This document shows positions 29,671 to 43,799 of a stretch of 64,000 bases of DNA, in pieces. The position numbers were made by a program, and so were the translations under genes. Under the pieces are notes generated by a model. The model did not search any database. It was not told the DNA's origin and saw only the letters and a list, made by a program, of their open reading frames with translations. This DNA is from an uncultured Lachnospiraceae bacterium. Lineage in GTDB: Bacteria; Bacillota; Clostridia; Lachnospirales; Lachnospiraceae. The stretch covers positions 17,123-81,122 of the forward strand of contig CATLAK010000012.1 in NCBI GenBank assembly GCA_949878435.1, given 5' to 3'. Numbering within the stretch: position 1 is the first letter of the stretch; each line of letters opens with the position of its first letter.

Positions 29671-30138
29671 TCATGGAATATATTTTTGCAGGGAATCAAA
29701 TTTGCCGGAATAAATGATTTTTAATAGTTTATCAAGCCGCACAAGGCTGGATTTCAAGGTGTTTATGTCTATGGAACGGGCGTCTAAGGCAGTGACCAGT
29801 TCATCTAAATCTACGACTTTCACGAAACCGTCGGGGTAGATGATTACGTCGGCGAGAAGATCTGTCACGATCAGATGATTGTCGTAAGGGTGAAAGTCAT
29901 AATCTACGATATCACAGTACCAGTAAAGCAGGCTTCCGTTTTCCCGGCAGAATTTGCTTACCTTAAAACCCTCCTTCAGAAAGTAGCAGGAACTGCCGTG
30001 ATGAAGGTCTTTTTTGGGATGCAGTGCATGCCAAGAGGTGACGATATGTTCTTCGTCACAGGAGAGAATAATGTCATCCTTAAGAAGAACACATTCTTCC
30101 GGAATAATTCGCCTGCGGTACAAAATGGGATTTGCCAT
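29671..30138 (-). CDS. DUF402 domain protein
   Basis: YWYCDI, TDLLADV, VVDLDEL. Confidence 0.8.
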   Translation of the reverse strand: MANPILYRRRIIPEECVLLKDDIILSCDEEHIVTSWHALHPKKDLHHGSSCYFLKEGFKVSKFCRENGSLLYWYCDIVDYDFHPYDNHLIVTDLLADVIIYPDGFVKVVDLDELVTALDARSIDINTLKSSLVRLDKLLKIIYSGKFDSLQKYIP

Positions 30139-30266
30139 AGAACCTCCAAAATAGATTGCCTGTTTACCAAAATACTACTATTAATTGGGGGGAAAGTCAA
30201 CGAATTTGCCAAATCTCGCTAAAAAACGGGGAGATATAAATTTCATGATTATTTTACCATTATTTC

Positions 30267-30295
30267 TAGACAGAAATAAAAAAAATAGGTATAAT
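30267..30295 (+). promoter_or_regulatory. Sigma-A promoter of the atp operon
   Basis: TAGACA-17bp-TATAAT. Confidence 0.7.
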
Positions 30296-30343
30296 CATTA
30301 AGTGAGTGCAGTTAGAAAAAGGAACTTTGAAAGGGAGAGGCAT

Positions 30344-30649
30344 GTGAAGTTTAATCGGAAGGTTTATCAGGCATTAACGATGATTGGACAGTTCGGAATC
30401 AACATGCTGGTCCCTGTTTTTATTTGTTTTTTTCTGGGGATGTTCCTAGATGAGAAGCTGGGGACGAACTTTCTTGTAGTGATATTGTTTTTTGTAGGCG
30501 CAGTGGCAGGCGGGTATAATGTATACCGATTTGCCAGAGGAATTTATGCAGGTGGCAGTGAACAGTCGGCATATCTGCACAAGAGCAGAAAAAACAGGAG
30601 AGAAATGAATGAAAGAAAAAATCACCAGGATAAACAGGACTCTGTTTGA
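30344..30649 (+). CDS. AtpZ/AtpI-family protein
   Basis: Two TMs, LGMFLDEKLGT; GTG at 30344 with GGAGAGG RBS; first gene of the atp operon. Confidence 0.8.
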   Translation: MKFNRKVYQALTMIGQFGINMLVPVFICFFLGMFLDEKLGTNFLVVILFFVGAVAGGYNVYRFARGIYAGGSEQSAYLHKSRKNRREMNERKNHQDKQDSV

Positions 30650-31055
30650 ACTTGAGACAGGGATTGTTTTATTCGGTGCAGTGTGTCAGGTGTTTGTCTT
30701 CTTCATGAAGGAGAAAATATGGTATAGCTTCGGGCTTTGGTTGGGAATATTGACGGCGGCGGTCTGTGCGTTTCATATGTGGTGGTCTCTGGATAGGGCG
30801 CTTGATCTTCCTGAGCGTTTAGCAGTCAAATCTATGAGTGCACATGCAATATTGCGCTATCTGGTTATTGTGGCAGTACTTGCAGGGACTGCAATAAGCG
30901 GGATCGGAGATCCGCTTGCAGCATTCCTAGGCATTATGGGACTGAAAGCGTCCGCGTATATGCATTTTATAACATGTAAGGTCAGTAATATTATTTATGG
31001 GGAAGAAATTCTTCCCCCGCTGATAGAAGAACCTGCCGGAGAGCAGGATAGGTAA
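30609..31055 (+). CDS. atpI: ATP synthase protein I
   Basis: Four-TM protein immediately before atpB. Confidence 0.75.
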   Translation: MKEKITRINRTLFELETGIVLFGAVCQVFVFFMKEKIWYSFGLWLGILTAAVCAFHMWWSLDRALDLPERLAVKSMSAHAILRYLVIVAVLAGTAISGIGDPLAAFLGIMGLKASAYMHFITCKVSNIIYGEEILPPLIEEPAGEQDR

Positions 31056-31067
31056 GGAGGTGAAGAT

Positions 31068-32122
<1,055 letters not shown>

Positions 32123-32231
32123 AAACAAACAAGAGATTTTCTAAGGCGCCAAAAAACGCCGCCTAAGAAAATCTAAAGCTTGTTTGTGGTATCGAGGCGG
32201 CAGGAATGATATGAGGAAAGGAGGTTGACGG

Positions 32232-32737
32232 ATGGAACCGAGATTGTTTGATCTGGATCTGCAGCTGCTTTCGGATGCGGTGTTGATGATCATTGCGATT
32301 TTTGTGCTGTTTTTGGTGGCATCTTATTTTCTTTTTAATCCTGCAAGGGAGATGCTGGCAAAGAGGCGGGCAAAGATTAAGGATGAGCTGGACGGAGCAG
32401 CGAAGGATAAGGAAGATGCGTCCTTATTAAAACTTCAGTATGAAGAAAAGCTTAAGAATATTGATAAAGAAGCTGAAGAGATTTTAGGTGATGCGAGAAA
32501 ACGGGCTCTGGAGAGTGAAAATAAGATTGTTGCCGAGGCGAAGGCGGAGGCGGCTAGGATTATTGACAGGGCAAAGGTGGAAGCCGAGCTTGAAAAGCAG
32601 AAGGCGGCAGATGATGTAAAACGCGAAATGGTAGTGCTCGCGTCCATGATCGCCGGCAAAGTGGTGAAGGCATCTATCGATACAACCGTACAGGAAAGCC
32701 TGGTAAATGAAACGTTAAAGGAAATAGGTGAGAGCAC

Positions 32738-32750
<13 letters not shown>
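32232..32750 (+). CDS. atpF: F0 subunit b
   Basis: N-terminal TM plus coiled coil; operon position. Confidence 0.93.
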
Positions 32751-34818
<2,068 letters not shown>

Positions 34819-34844
34819 GGAAAAGACAAGGATAAGGTGATAGT

Positions 34845-35723
34845 ATGGCTTCAATGCGTGATATAAAAAGGCGTAAGGGAAGTATTCAAAGTACCCAGCA
34901 GATTACCAAGGCCATGAAGCTCGTTTCCACTGTCAAGCTGCAGAGAGCAAAGCAGAATGCAGAGAAATCAGGAAACTATTTCCACTGTATGTTTGAGACG
35001 GTCAATTCTATCTTGCAGCGGACCAAAAACTTAGATCACAAGTTCTTAAAATCCGGCGAATCCGGCAAGAAGGCTGTAATCGTGATTACGTCCAACAGAG
35101 GGTTGGCAGGAGGCTATAACTCCAACGTGATTAAGCTGATTACGCGGGGCGAGCTGGCGGAAGAAGATCTTGCGATTTATACAGTAGGAAAAAAGGGAAA
35201 AGATGCACTGCAAAGACAGTATGAGATTAAGGCGGATTATTCAGATGTGATTGAAGAACCGGTCTATGCGGATGCCATGGTAATCGGAAAAGAAGTGCTT
35301 GAAGCTTTTGCCAAAGGCGAGATCAGTGAGATTTATCTTGCTTACACGGCGTTTAAGAATACGGTTGTGCATGTGCCTACTCTCCTTAAGCTTCTTCCGG
35401 TAGAGATTAATGAGGAAGAAACTACCAATGCAGAAGGAAACGGAGAGATAGGCGGCAGCGATAAGGCGCTGATGAATTTCGAGCCGGAGGACGAGGAAGC
35501 TTTGAATCTGCTCATACCCAAGTATATAACCAGCCTGATTTATGGCGGTATGGTTGAATCGGTAGCCAGTGAAAACGGAGCCAGAATGCAGGCAATGGAT
35601 TCTGCTACCAGCAATGCAGAAGAAATGATAGATCATTTGACACTGTTGTACAACAGAGCGCGTCAGGGCTCTATTACACAGGAATTGACAGAGATTATTG
35701 CAGGTGCGAATGCAATCTCTTAA
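34845..35723 (+). CDS. atpG: F1 subunit gamma
   Basis: ITKAMKLVS, RGLAGGYN, RQGSITQELTEI. Confidence 0.97.
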   Translation: MASMRDIKRRKGSIQSTQQITKAMKLVSTVKLQRAKQNAEKSGNYFHCMFETVNSILQRTKNLDHKFLKSGESGKKAVIVITSNRGLAGGYNSNVIKLITRGELAEEDLAIYTVGKKGKDALQRQYEIKADYSDVIEEPVYADAMVIGKEVLEAFAKGEISEIYLAYTAFKNTVVHVPTLLKLLPVEINEEETTNAEGNGEIGGSDKALMNFEPEDEEALNLLIPKYITSLIYGGMVESVASENGARMQAMDSATSNAEEMIDHLTLLYNRARQGSITQELTEIIAGANAIS

Positions 35724-37214
<1,491 letters not shown>

Positions 37215-37230
37215 TGACGGGAGGAAGCAG

Positions 37231-37635
37231 ATGGCAGACAACAATTTATTTACTTTAAAAATCATTACTCCCGACCGTGTGTTTTATGAGGGACCTGTTT
37301 CCATGGTCGAATTTAATACTACGGAGGGAGAAATCGGTATTTATAAAAAGCATGTGCCGATGACGGTGATCGTGAACCCGGGCATCCTTACGATTACAGA
37401 GGAAGAGGGGACGAAGGAAGCAGCGCTTCACGCAGGGTTTGCAGAAATTCTGCAGGAAGAAGTGGTGATTTTAGCTGAGATCATTGAGTGGCCGGAGGAA
37501 ATCGATTTAGACCGGGCACAGGCGGCAAAGGAACGTGCCGAGGAGCGGCTGCGCAGCAAGACGCCGGAGACGGATATCCTGCGCGCGGAGACTGCATTGC
37601 AGAGGGCGTTGGCACGTATTCATGTTATTAAGTGA
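37231..37635 (+). CDS. atpC: F1 subunit epsilon
   Basis: IITPDR...GEIGI...H.P, RALAR. Confidence 0.95.
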   Translation: MADNNLFTLKIITPDRVFYEGPVSMVEFNTTEGEIGIYKKHVPMTVIVNPGILTITEEEGTKEAALHAGFAEILQEEVVILAEIIEWPEEIDLDRAQAAKERAEERLRSKTPETDILRAETALQRALARIHVIK

Positions 37636-37641
37636 TGAAAT

Positions 37642-37675
37642 GGGGAGAGCCACTATGATTTTGGGCTCTCCTTTA
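37642..37675 (+). terminator. Terminator-like hairpin after the atp operon
   Basis: GGAGAGCC...GGCTCTCC followed by TTT. Confidence 0.65.
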
Positions 37676-37843
37676 AATTTAACATAAGGATGTCTGGCGA
37701 AGCCTGGCATCCGTTGTTTATGATTTGCAGTGGGTAAGATTTTTCTTGGAGCAATTCCCTTATCTAGGAGGAAAAGCGGCGCAGGCACGGCGAAAGGCGG
37801 GGACGCATATGATAGAAATAAAGACGTTAAAGGAATCGTTTAT

Positions 37844-38233
37844 ATGTATGAACGCAAAATTCTGCCCTTTTATATGACATATCCATTGCCCATGTATTAT
37901 GAAGAGGAGGACTCTATCATAAGGGATTTGGAATATCTGCAGCAGATGTATCCGTTGGAGGCAAAGCGTTATCAAAAGGTAATAAGCGGCATTCTCGATA
38001 AACTGGACTATGAGGGCAGCATGATTTATGATGAGTACCCGGATAAATGGCAGCTTTATAAACTGTCCAGAGACATATTAGACCGGATCAAACGGGAAGA
38101 AGAAAAAGATAATCCCGATGGCAATTTTCCGCCGGAGCGGTGGGAATGGCTGGGGGATCTGGTACAAATACTTCTTTGCTATGAGATATACAAAAGGAGA
38201 CATAATACGAGAAGAGGAATTCTCAGATTCTGA
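37844..38233 (+). CDS. Hypothetical protein (~129 aa)
   Basis: ATG 37844 after AAGGA; DLEYLQQMYP...YEGSMIYDEYPD. Confidence 0.7.
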   Translation: MYERKILPFYMTYPLPMYYEEEDSIIRDLEYLQQMYPLEAKRYQKVISGILDKLDYEGSMIYDEYPDKWQLYKLSRDILDRIKREEEKDNPDGNFPPERWEWLGDLVQILLCYEIYKRRHNTRRGILRF

Positions 38234-38280
38234 AAAATTTCGGGGAGAGCCATTATCGGTCTGTGGCTCTCCCTATTAGA

Positions 38281-38660
38281 TTACGGTTTACTTTCTAAAA
38301 TTTTTTTAACTGAATCAAAGCTGATGGACAACTCTGCTGAAATTTCTTCATAGGCCTTACCTTTAAGGCGCAATCTGAATACATCCCGCTCCAATTGCAT
38401 AGTATCCCTCTTTATCTGAACCACATCCCGCTCTGTCTGTATAGTATTTCGCTCTGCCTGCAGCCCAGATACTTTATCCCGCAGCTCATTCACGGCATCC
38501 TGCAGTTCGCTCACCATGAGCCGTTCCGTGTTATGGTCCATTATGTAAAGGGCTTCTGAAAATGTATACATCAATTCCTCCGGTTCTCTGACAAATTCTG
38601 CAATCTCCTGATAGATAGGCAGGAACATGGGGAAATATTTGACAAGTTCCTCAATCCTGC
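38281..38660 (-). pseudogene. C-terminal remnant of an Rpn-like / PD-(D/E)XK nuclease-family protein
   Basis: RIEELVKYFPMFLPIYQEI...FSEALYIMDHNT, heptad repeats, HTH-like tail YEEISAELSISFDSVKKIL; in-frame stop just upstream. Confidence 0.55.
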
Positions 38661-38855
38661 ATTAGATATGTTTCAGACGATGTCAGAATATGAAACAGAG
38701 AATGAAAGTAAAAACAATTTTTTCTGTTCTTCCTTTATACTACATCTTTCAGGTAAAAGCAATTTTTATCTTTCAAATGCTATGTAGAAAATTTAAATCC
38801 AAGCGAGAATCTGCGGGATCATGCCTATAGTATATTTAGGGATCTCCAGGCAGAT

Positions 38856-39782
38856 ATGAATGAGACTACAATCCTTATTGCAGATCTTGAGGCATACAGG
38901 GGCTCTGAGCCTGACAGCGGCACGATTTTTGAAATCGGCATGGCATATGCAAAGGGGGCGCTGTGCTATGGATATACCAGAGACAAGAGGAATCTGGCAT
39001 GTAAAGATCAAAAATATTATCTGTGTAAAGGCAAGGTGCTGGATGAACACGGAAAGGAGGCGCCTTATAAGGAACTTCCGTTTTCGCCTTGTGTGGTGGG
39101 GGCAGCCAAAATTATGGAAGGCGATTTTGATGTATGCTTGAAAGTTGTGATGAGCGATTTGGAGGAGGGCTGGAAACGTGAAGGAATGGGAGGGTCAAAT
39201 ACCCGGCAGCTTGCTGCGGGGTGCATGACTTTTGCAGAAACGCCCGTAAACCATTGGGAAGGTGAACCAGACAGACCTAGGGTATATTTGGCAGGACCGG
39301 AAAGATATGATGAAAATGCAGACAAGATTTATGAGGAAATGAAGCGATTGTGCAGAAAACATGGCATGCATGCATACACGCCCAAGGATATGGCAGCCGG
39401 AATAGCGAAGATTGAGACGGATAATCCCTACATAAGCGCCGCCAACATGTTCGACAATTGCCAGAGACATGTCAGGAATTGTGACGTGATTATTGCCAAT
39501 CTTAATGATTACCGGGGATATGAATGCAGTAATGATGTTGGCTTCGAGTGCGGCATGGCGTTCCAACTTGGAAAAAGGATGTATGGATATATGGACAATG
39601 CCGGTCCTATGAAGGACCGCGTACCGCATCTGGGTGAAGAAAAAGATTTTCGGGACTTTACAGGAGCAAATGTAGAAAATTTTGATTATCCAATCAACCT
39701 GATGTTTGCATGCAGTATGCCGATCTTTGAAGGAAAATTTGAAAATGTAATTCAACGCATAGCGGAAGACCTGAACACATAG
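38856..39782 (+). CDS. Tandem-domain nucleoside 2-deoxyribosyltransferase-like protein, apparently 5'-truncated
   Basis: Domain 1 DSGTIFEIGMAYAKG lacks its leading YLAGP; domain 2 VYLAGP...NDVGFECGMAFQLGK. Confidence 0.75.
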   Translation: MNETTILIADLEAYRGSEPDSGTIFEIGMAYAKGALCYGYTRDKRNLACKDQKYYLCKGKVLDEHGKEAPYKELPFSPCVVGAAKIMEGDFDVCLKVVMSDLEEGWKREGMGGSNTRQLAAGCMTFAETPVNHWEGEPDRPRVYLAGPERYDENADKIYEEMKRLCRKHGMHAYTPKDMAAGIAKIETDNPYISAANMFDNCQRHVRNCDVIIANLNDYRGYECSNDVGFECGMAFQLGKRMYGYMDNAGPMKDRVPHLGEEKDFRDFTGANVENFDYPINLMFACSMPIFEGKFENVIQRIAEDLNT

Positions 39783-39853
39783 ACAAAAGTTTTTGTTGTG
39801 ATTTTCCAGTTAAATAAGTAAAATATAGTCATGGCGCAAAGCCATGGCTATTT

Positions 39854-39973
39854 TGTTACAATAAGCTGCCTCGCGGAGCGCGGCAGTGTTTGTTGCAATA
39901 AGCTGCCTCGCGAAGCGCGGCGGTGTTTGTTGCAATAAGCCGCCCTGCGAAGCGTGGCGGTGTTTGTTGAATA
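39854..39973. repeat. 3.2 x 37-bp tandem palindromic (REP-like) repeat
   Basis: Units start at 39854, 39891, 39928, 39965; consensus TGTTGCAATAAGCTGCCTCGCGAAGCGCGGCGGTGTT. Confidence 0.9.
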
Positions 39974-39986
39974 GGAGAATGAATTT

Positions 39987-41141
39987 GTGGAAGAGTTAAG
40001 GGAAAGGCTGTCTGCGGCATTGTCGGACAGGCTCTATCAGGTTGTAATCAGTAACCCCAGGAAAAAGGAAGGGGCTTTCAAAATAAAGATACGTCCGGTC
40101 ATGGTGAAGGGGGAACTCTGTTTTCAGGAAACGGTTTCAGAGGGGACACAGGTTTTTCACAGGAATTATGAAAAGCAGGAGATGCTTTCCAGAATCCTTT
40201 TTTATATGGAGGAGGGCTTTAGGCAGTTAGAGGCAGAAAGCATGGACGGGAAGGTAACTGCTTTGGTAAGTAAAAAGGGGAAGGTTACGGTGAAGTGTAA
40301 AAGCAAAGGGGAAGCATCTTTGCATAAACCGGATATGTCCCATAACAGGGCTAAGAATTATATTCTGGAGGAGGGCACGGCAGTTCCCTTTCTGGTGGAT
40401 TTGGGCGTGCAGGCGAAGGATGGCAGGATTATTCGCTCCAAATATGACAAATTTAAGCAGATCAACCGATATTTGGAATTTGTGGAGGATATACTACCTT
40501 CATTAGAGGGAGAAGGCACATTGCATATCATTGATTTCGGCTGCGGAAAATCCTATCTGACCTTTGCGCTATACTATTATCTGCATGAATTGAAGGGGAA
40601 AGAAGTCTGCATTACGGGGCTGGACCTAAAAAAAGACGTGATTGAGAAGTGTAATCTGCTTGCGGAAGGGTATGGCTACAAAGGACTCCATTTTTATCAG
40701 GGGGATATCAGCACTTTTAAGGGGGCGGAAAAGGTGGACATGGTGGTTACCCTCCATGCCTGCGACACGGCGACAGATTATGCCATCAAGAAGGCGGTGG
40801 ACTGGCATGCAAAGGTGATCTTTACCGTTCCTTGTTGTCAGCATGAGGTAAACGGGCAGATTCAAAATGAATTGCTGGAGCCGGTTTTAAAATATGGTCT
40901 CTTAAAGGAGCGGATGGCGGCGCTTATAACGGATGGAATCCGCGCGAATCTTTTGGAGGAAGCGGGTTATGATACACAGGTACTGGAATTTATAGACATG
41001 GAGCATACGCCTAAGAATATACTGATAAGGGCAGTAAAGAGACAGAAGGCAGGGGGAAGGACCGGGAAGGAAACGAAGGTCAGCAGCATGAGCCAGGCGC
41101 TTTGCGTGCATACGACTTTGCAGAGATTAATGCAGAAATAG
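39987..41141 (+). CDS. Class I SAM-dependent methyltransferase
   Basis: KFKQINRY, IIDFGCGKSYLTF, LHACDTATD, PCC, EHTPKN. Confidence 0.88.
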   Translation: MEELRERLSAALSDRLYQVVISNPRKKEGAFKIKIRPVMVKGELCFQETVSEGTQVFHRNYEKQEMLSRILFYMEEGFRQLEAESMDGKVTALVSKKGKVTVKCKSKGEASLHKPDMSHNRAKNYILEEGTAVPFLVDLGVQAKDGRIIRSKYDKFKQINRYLEFVEDILPSLEGEGTLHIIDFGCGKSYLTFALYYYLHELKGKEVCITGLDLKKDVIEKCNLLAEGYGYKGLHFYQGDISTFKGAEKVDMVVTLHACDTATDYAIKKAVDWHAKVIFTVPCCQHEVNGQIQNELLEPVLKYGLLKERMAALITDGIRANLLEEAGYDTQVLEFIDMEHTPKNILIRAVKRQKAGGRTGKETKVSSMSQALCVHTTLQRLMQK

Positions 41142-41152
41142 ATGGGAGTTAT

Positions 41153-43687
41153 ATGAAAAGAATGATAATCAAAGGGTCCATAGTGACTGCGGTATTTTTT
41201 GCGACCCTTTTTATTGTAAGCAGTGTTATGAATAAAGGAAATACCGATATGACCATGGAGATGAGCAAGGCTTCTTATCCGGTAATCGGTGTACAGTACG
41301 GAGGATACCGCATCAATGAGATGCATGGATATGCCCAGGCGATGGAACCGGGGCAGATGCGGGAGAGCATTACCCCTCTTGCCGCCGGCAGAAAGGTAAG
41401 TCTCGAGATCGACACTTACGGAAGGGAAATCTCCCAGATTGTATATGAGGTGAGGAATCTGGAGGGAAGCAGGCTGATTGAGAGCACGCAGGTGTCGGAA
41501 TTTGAGCAGGACGGGGAACGGATTTCACTTTCCTTCGCGCTGAAGGATCTGATAGCGGTCAATCAAGAGTATATGCTGGTCATTTTGCTTTCAATGGAGG
41601 ACGGGAGCGAAATCAGATATTATACAAGGGTGGTCAGCACAGAAGAGTATCATGCAAGTGATAAACTTGATTATATCTATGATTTTTCCAGAAGAACCTT
41701 CGACAAGGAAGCAGCAAAGGAACTTACAAAGTATCTGGAGTCCAATGCGGAAGGGGATAATACCACTTTTGGAAGGGTCACGATTCACAGCAGCTTTAAG
41801 CAGGTGACTTGGGGAGATTTAGAGATTGAAAGAGTGACACAGCCGGAGATCACCATCAAGGAACTAGGACCCCAGACGGGAAGTTTTCAAGTGGCATATT
41901 ATGTCTCCACGCCGGACGGCAGAGATAAAAATTATTACAGGGTAAAAGAGTTTTACCGTGTGCGTTACACGCCTGAGCGGATGTATCTTCTGGATTTTGA
42001 GCGGACAATGGATCAAATGTTTGATGCAGAGGCTGATGTGTATGCCAACAATAAGATTTTGCTTGGGATTACCAGCGGTCAAGTTCCGATTAAGGAAAGT
42101 GATGGGGGAAACGTATTTGCATATGTGATTGGAGACCGCCTGTACAGTTATAATGTGGCGGATAATAAGATGGCGCTTTTATTTGGCTTTTATGATAAAG
42201 AGAATGAGGATAAGCGGACACTGTACGATGGTCACGAAATCAAGATCTTAAATGCAGACGAGGGCGGCAACGTTATTTTCATGGTTTACGGGTATATGAA
42301 CCGGGGACACCATGAAGGCCAGGTGGGAATCTCCGTCTATTACTATGACAGTTCGGTGAACACAGTAGAAGAAATGGTGTATATTCCGTTTACCAGTTCT
42401 CAGGATCTTCTTATAGAGGAAGTGGATCAGCTCTCCTACATCAATAGAAATAGTATGCTTTATCTGAAATGGGGAAGCCAGATTTATGGCATCAATGTCA
42501 TGGAGCGGACTTGTGAGGTGATGGTTGAGAATCTTTCTGAGGGAAGCTATAAGGTTTCTGACAGCAATAAAATGGCTGTGTGGCAGAAGGGAAATGATCC
42601 TTATCATGTGAAGGAACTGATTTTGATGAATCTGACCAACGGGAAGCAGAAGAGTATTCAGGCAGGAACGGGAGAAGTAGTAGCACCCATCGGATTCATG
42701 GGCGAAGACTTGATTTACGGCGTTGCAAGGGAAAGAGATATTGTGATGGATTATGCGGGAAATACCATCTTTCCCATGTACTGTGTAAAGATTGAAAATG
42801 AAACGGAAGGGGTGCTTAAGACTTACCGGCAGGAAAATGTTTACATCACGGGCGGAGAGGTCACCGGAAATCAGATAATCCTATCCCGCGTGGAAAAGGG
42901 AGAGGACGGTTTTTATCAGGAAATCAAGGATGATCAGATCATGAATGGAGAGACGGCGTTAGAGAGCAAGAACACCATTGAGACGGTGGTCACAGAAAAA
43001 TACGAAAAACTGACGCAGATAGCCGTTATGAAAGCCATCAATGCGGCAACGATGAAACAGCTCACCCCCAGGGAAGTTCTGTTTGAGGGTGAAAGAACGG
43101 TGAGTCTGCCTGTCCCTGAGGAGCAGCCGGGCAGGTACTATGTCTATGGCAAGAATGGCATAGAAAAAATCTTTACCAGTGAAAACAATGCGGTCAACCA
43201 TGCGGAAAAGATTTCAGGGGTGGTCATTGATGAAGACGGATATTATGTATGGTCGAGAGGCAACCGCAGCCTTAAGAATCAGATCATGGCGATTCAGGGG
43301 GAGATGATGACGGAAGAAAAGGATTCTCTTGCCGTCTGCTTGGATACGATGTTGGAATATGAAGGTGTCATAAGAAATTCCAAGTATATGCTGGCAAGCG
43401 GGGAATCTGTCATGGATATTTTGGAGGAGGGGCTTCCTGATGTGCAGATACTTGATCTGACGGGATGCTCCTTAGATGCGGTGCTCTATTACGTAAATAA
43501 GGATATCCCTGTGCTTGTCATGATGCGGGATGGATCGGCGGTGTTGCTGATCGGATTTAATGAATTAAATACCGTGGTGATGAACCCGGAAACGGGAACG
43601 GTGTATAAAGTTGGAATGAATGATTCTAAAGAGTGGTTTGAAGAAAATGGAAACTGCTTTATCACATACACCCGAAATGAAGAGTAA
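41153..43687 (+). CDS. Large membrane-anchored hypothetical protein (~844 aa)
   Basis: ATG 41153 with GGGAG RBS, N-terminal hydrophobic anchor, long ORF. Confidence 0.8.
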   Translation: MKRMIIKGSIVTAVFFATLFIVSSVMNKGNTDMTMEMSKASYPVIGVQYGGYRINEMHGYAQAMEPGQMRESITPLAAGRKVSLEIDTYGREISQIVYEVRNLEGSRLIESTQVSEFEQDGERISLSFALKDLIAVNQEYMLVILLSMEDGSEIRYYTRVVSTEEYHASDKLDYIYDFSRRTFDKEAAKELTKYLESNAEGDNTTFGRVTIHSSFKQVTWGDLEIERVTQPEITIKELGPQTGSFQVAYYVSTPDGRDKNYYRVKEFYRVRYTPERMYLLDFERTMDQMFDAEADVYANNKILLGITSGQVPIKESDGGNVFAYVIGDRLYSYNVADNKMALLFGFYDKENEDKRTLYDGHEIKILNADEGGNVIFMVYGYMNRGHHEGQVGISVYYYDSSVNTVEEMVYIPFTSSQDLLIEEVDQLSYINRNSMLYLKWGSQIYGINVMERTCEVMVENLSEGSYKVSDSNKMAVWQKGNDPYHVKELILMNLTNGKQKSIQAGTGEVVAPIGFMGEDLIYGVARERDIVMDYAGNTIFPMYCVKIENETEGVLKTYRQENVYITGGEVTGNQIILSRVEKGEDGFYQEIKDDQIMNGETALESKNTIETVVTEKYEKLTQIAVMKAINAATMKQLTPREVLFEGERTVSLPVPEEQPGRYYVYGKNGIEKIFTSENNAVNHAEKISGVVIDEDGYYVWSRGNRSLKNQIMAIQGEMMTEEKDSLAVCLDTMLEYEGVIRNSKYMLASGESVMDILEEGLPDVQILDLTGCSLDAVLYYVNKDIPVLVMMRDGSAVLLIGFNELNTVVMNPETGTVYKVGMNDSKEWFEENGNCFITYTRNEE

Positions 43688-43799
43688 TACAAGGGGGAAA
43701 CCAATAGTTGCCGGGACTCAAACTAGAATTGGTGGCGCAACCGTAAGCAGGATAGGTATAATCGGCTCATAAATTCAGACGGAATGTGAGGAGGAAAAG

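Noticed and set aside
30342-30347. ATGTGA start-stop minigene overlapping the atpZ GTG start
   Set aside because: Could be chance; nothing else supports a regulatory role.
39854-39973. CRISPR array (37-bp periodicity)
   Set aside because: The units are contiguous with no unique spacers, and there are no cas genes in the window.
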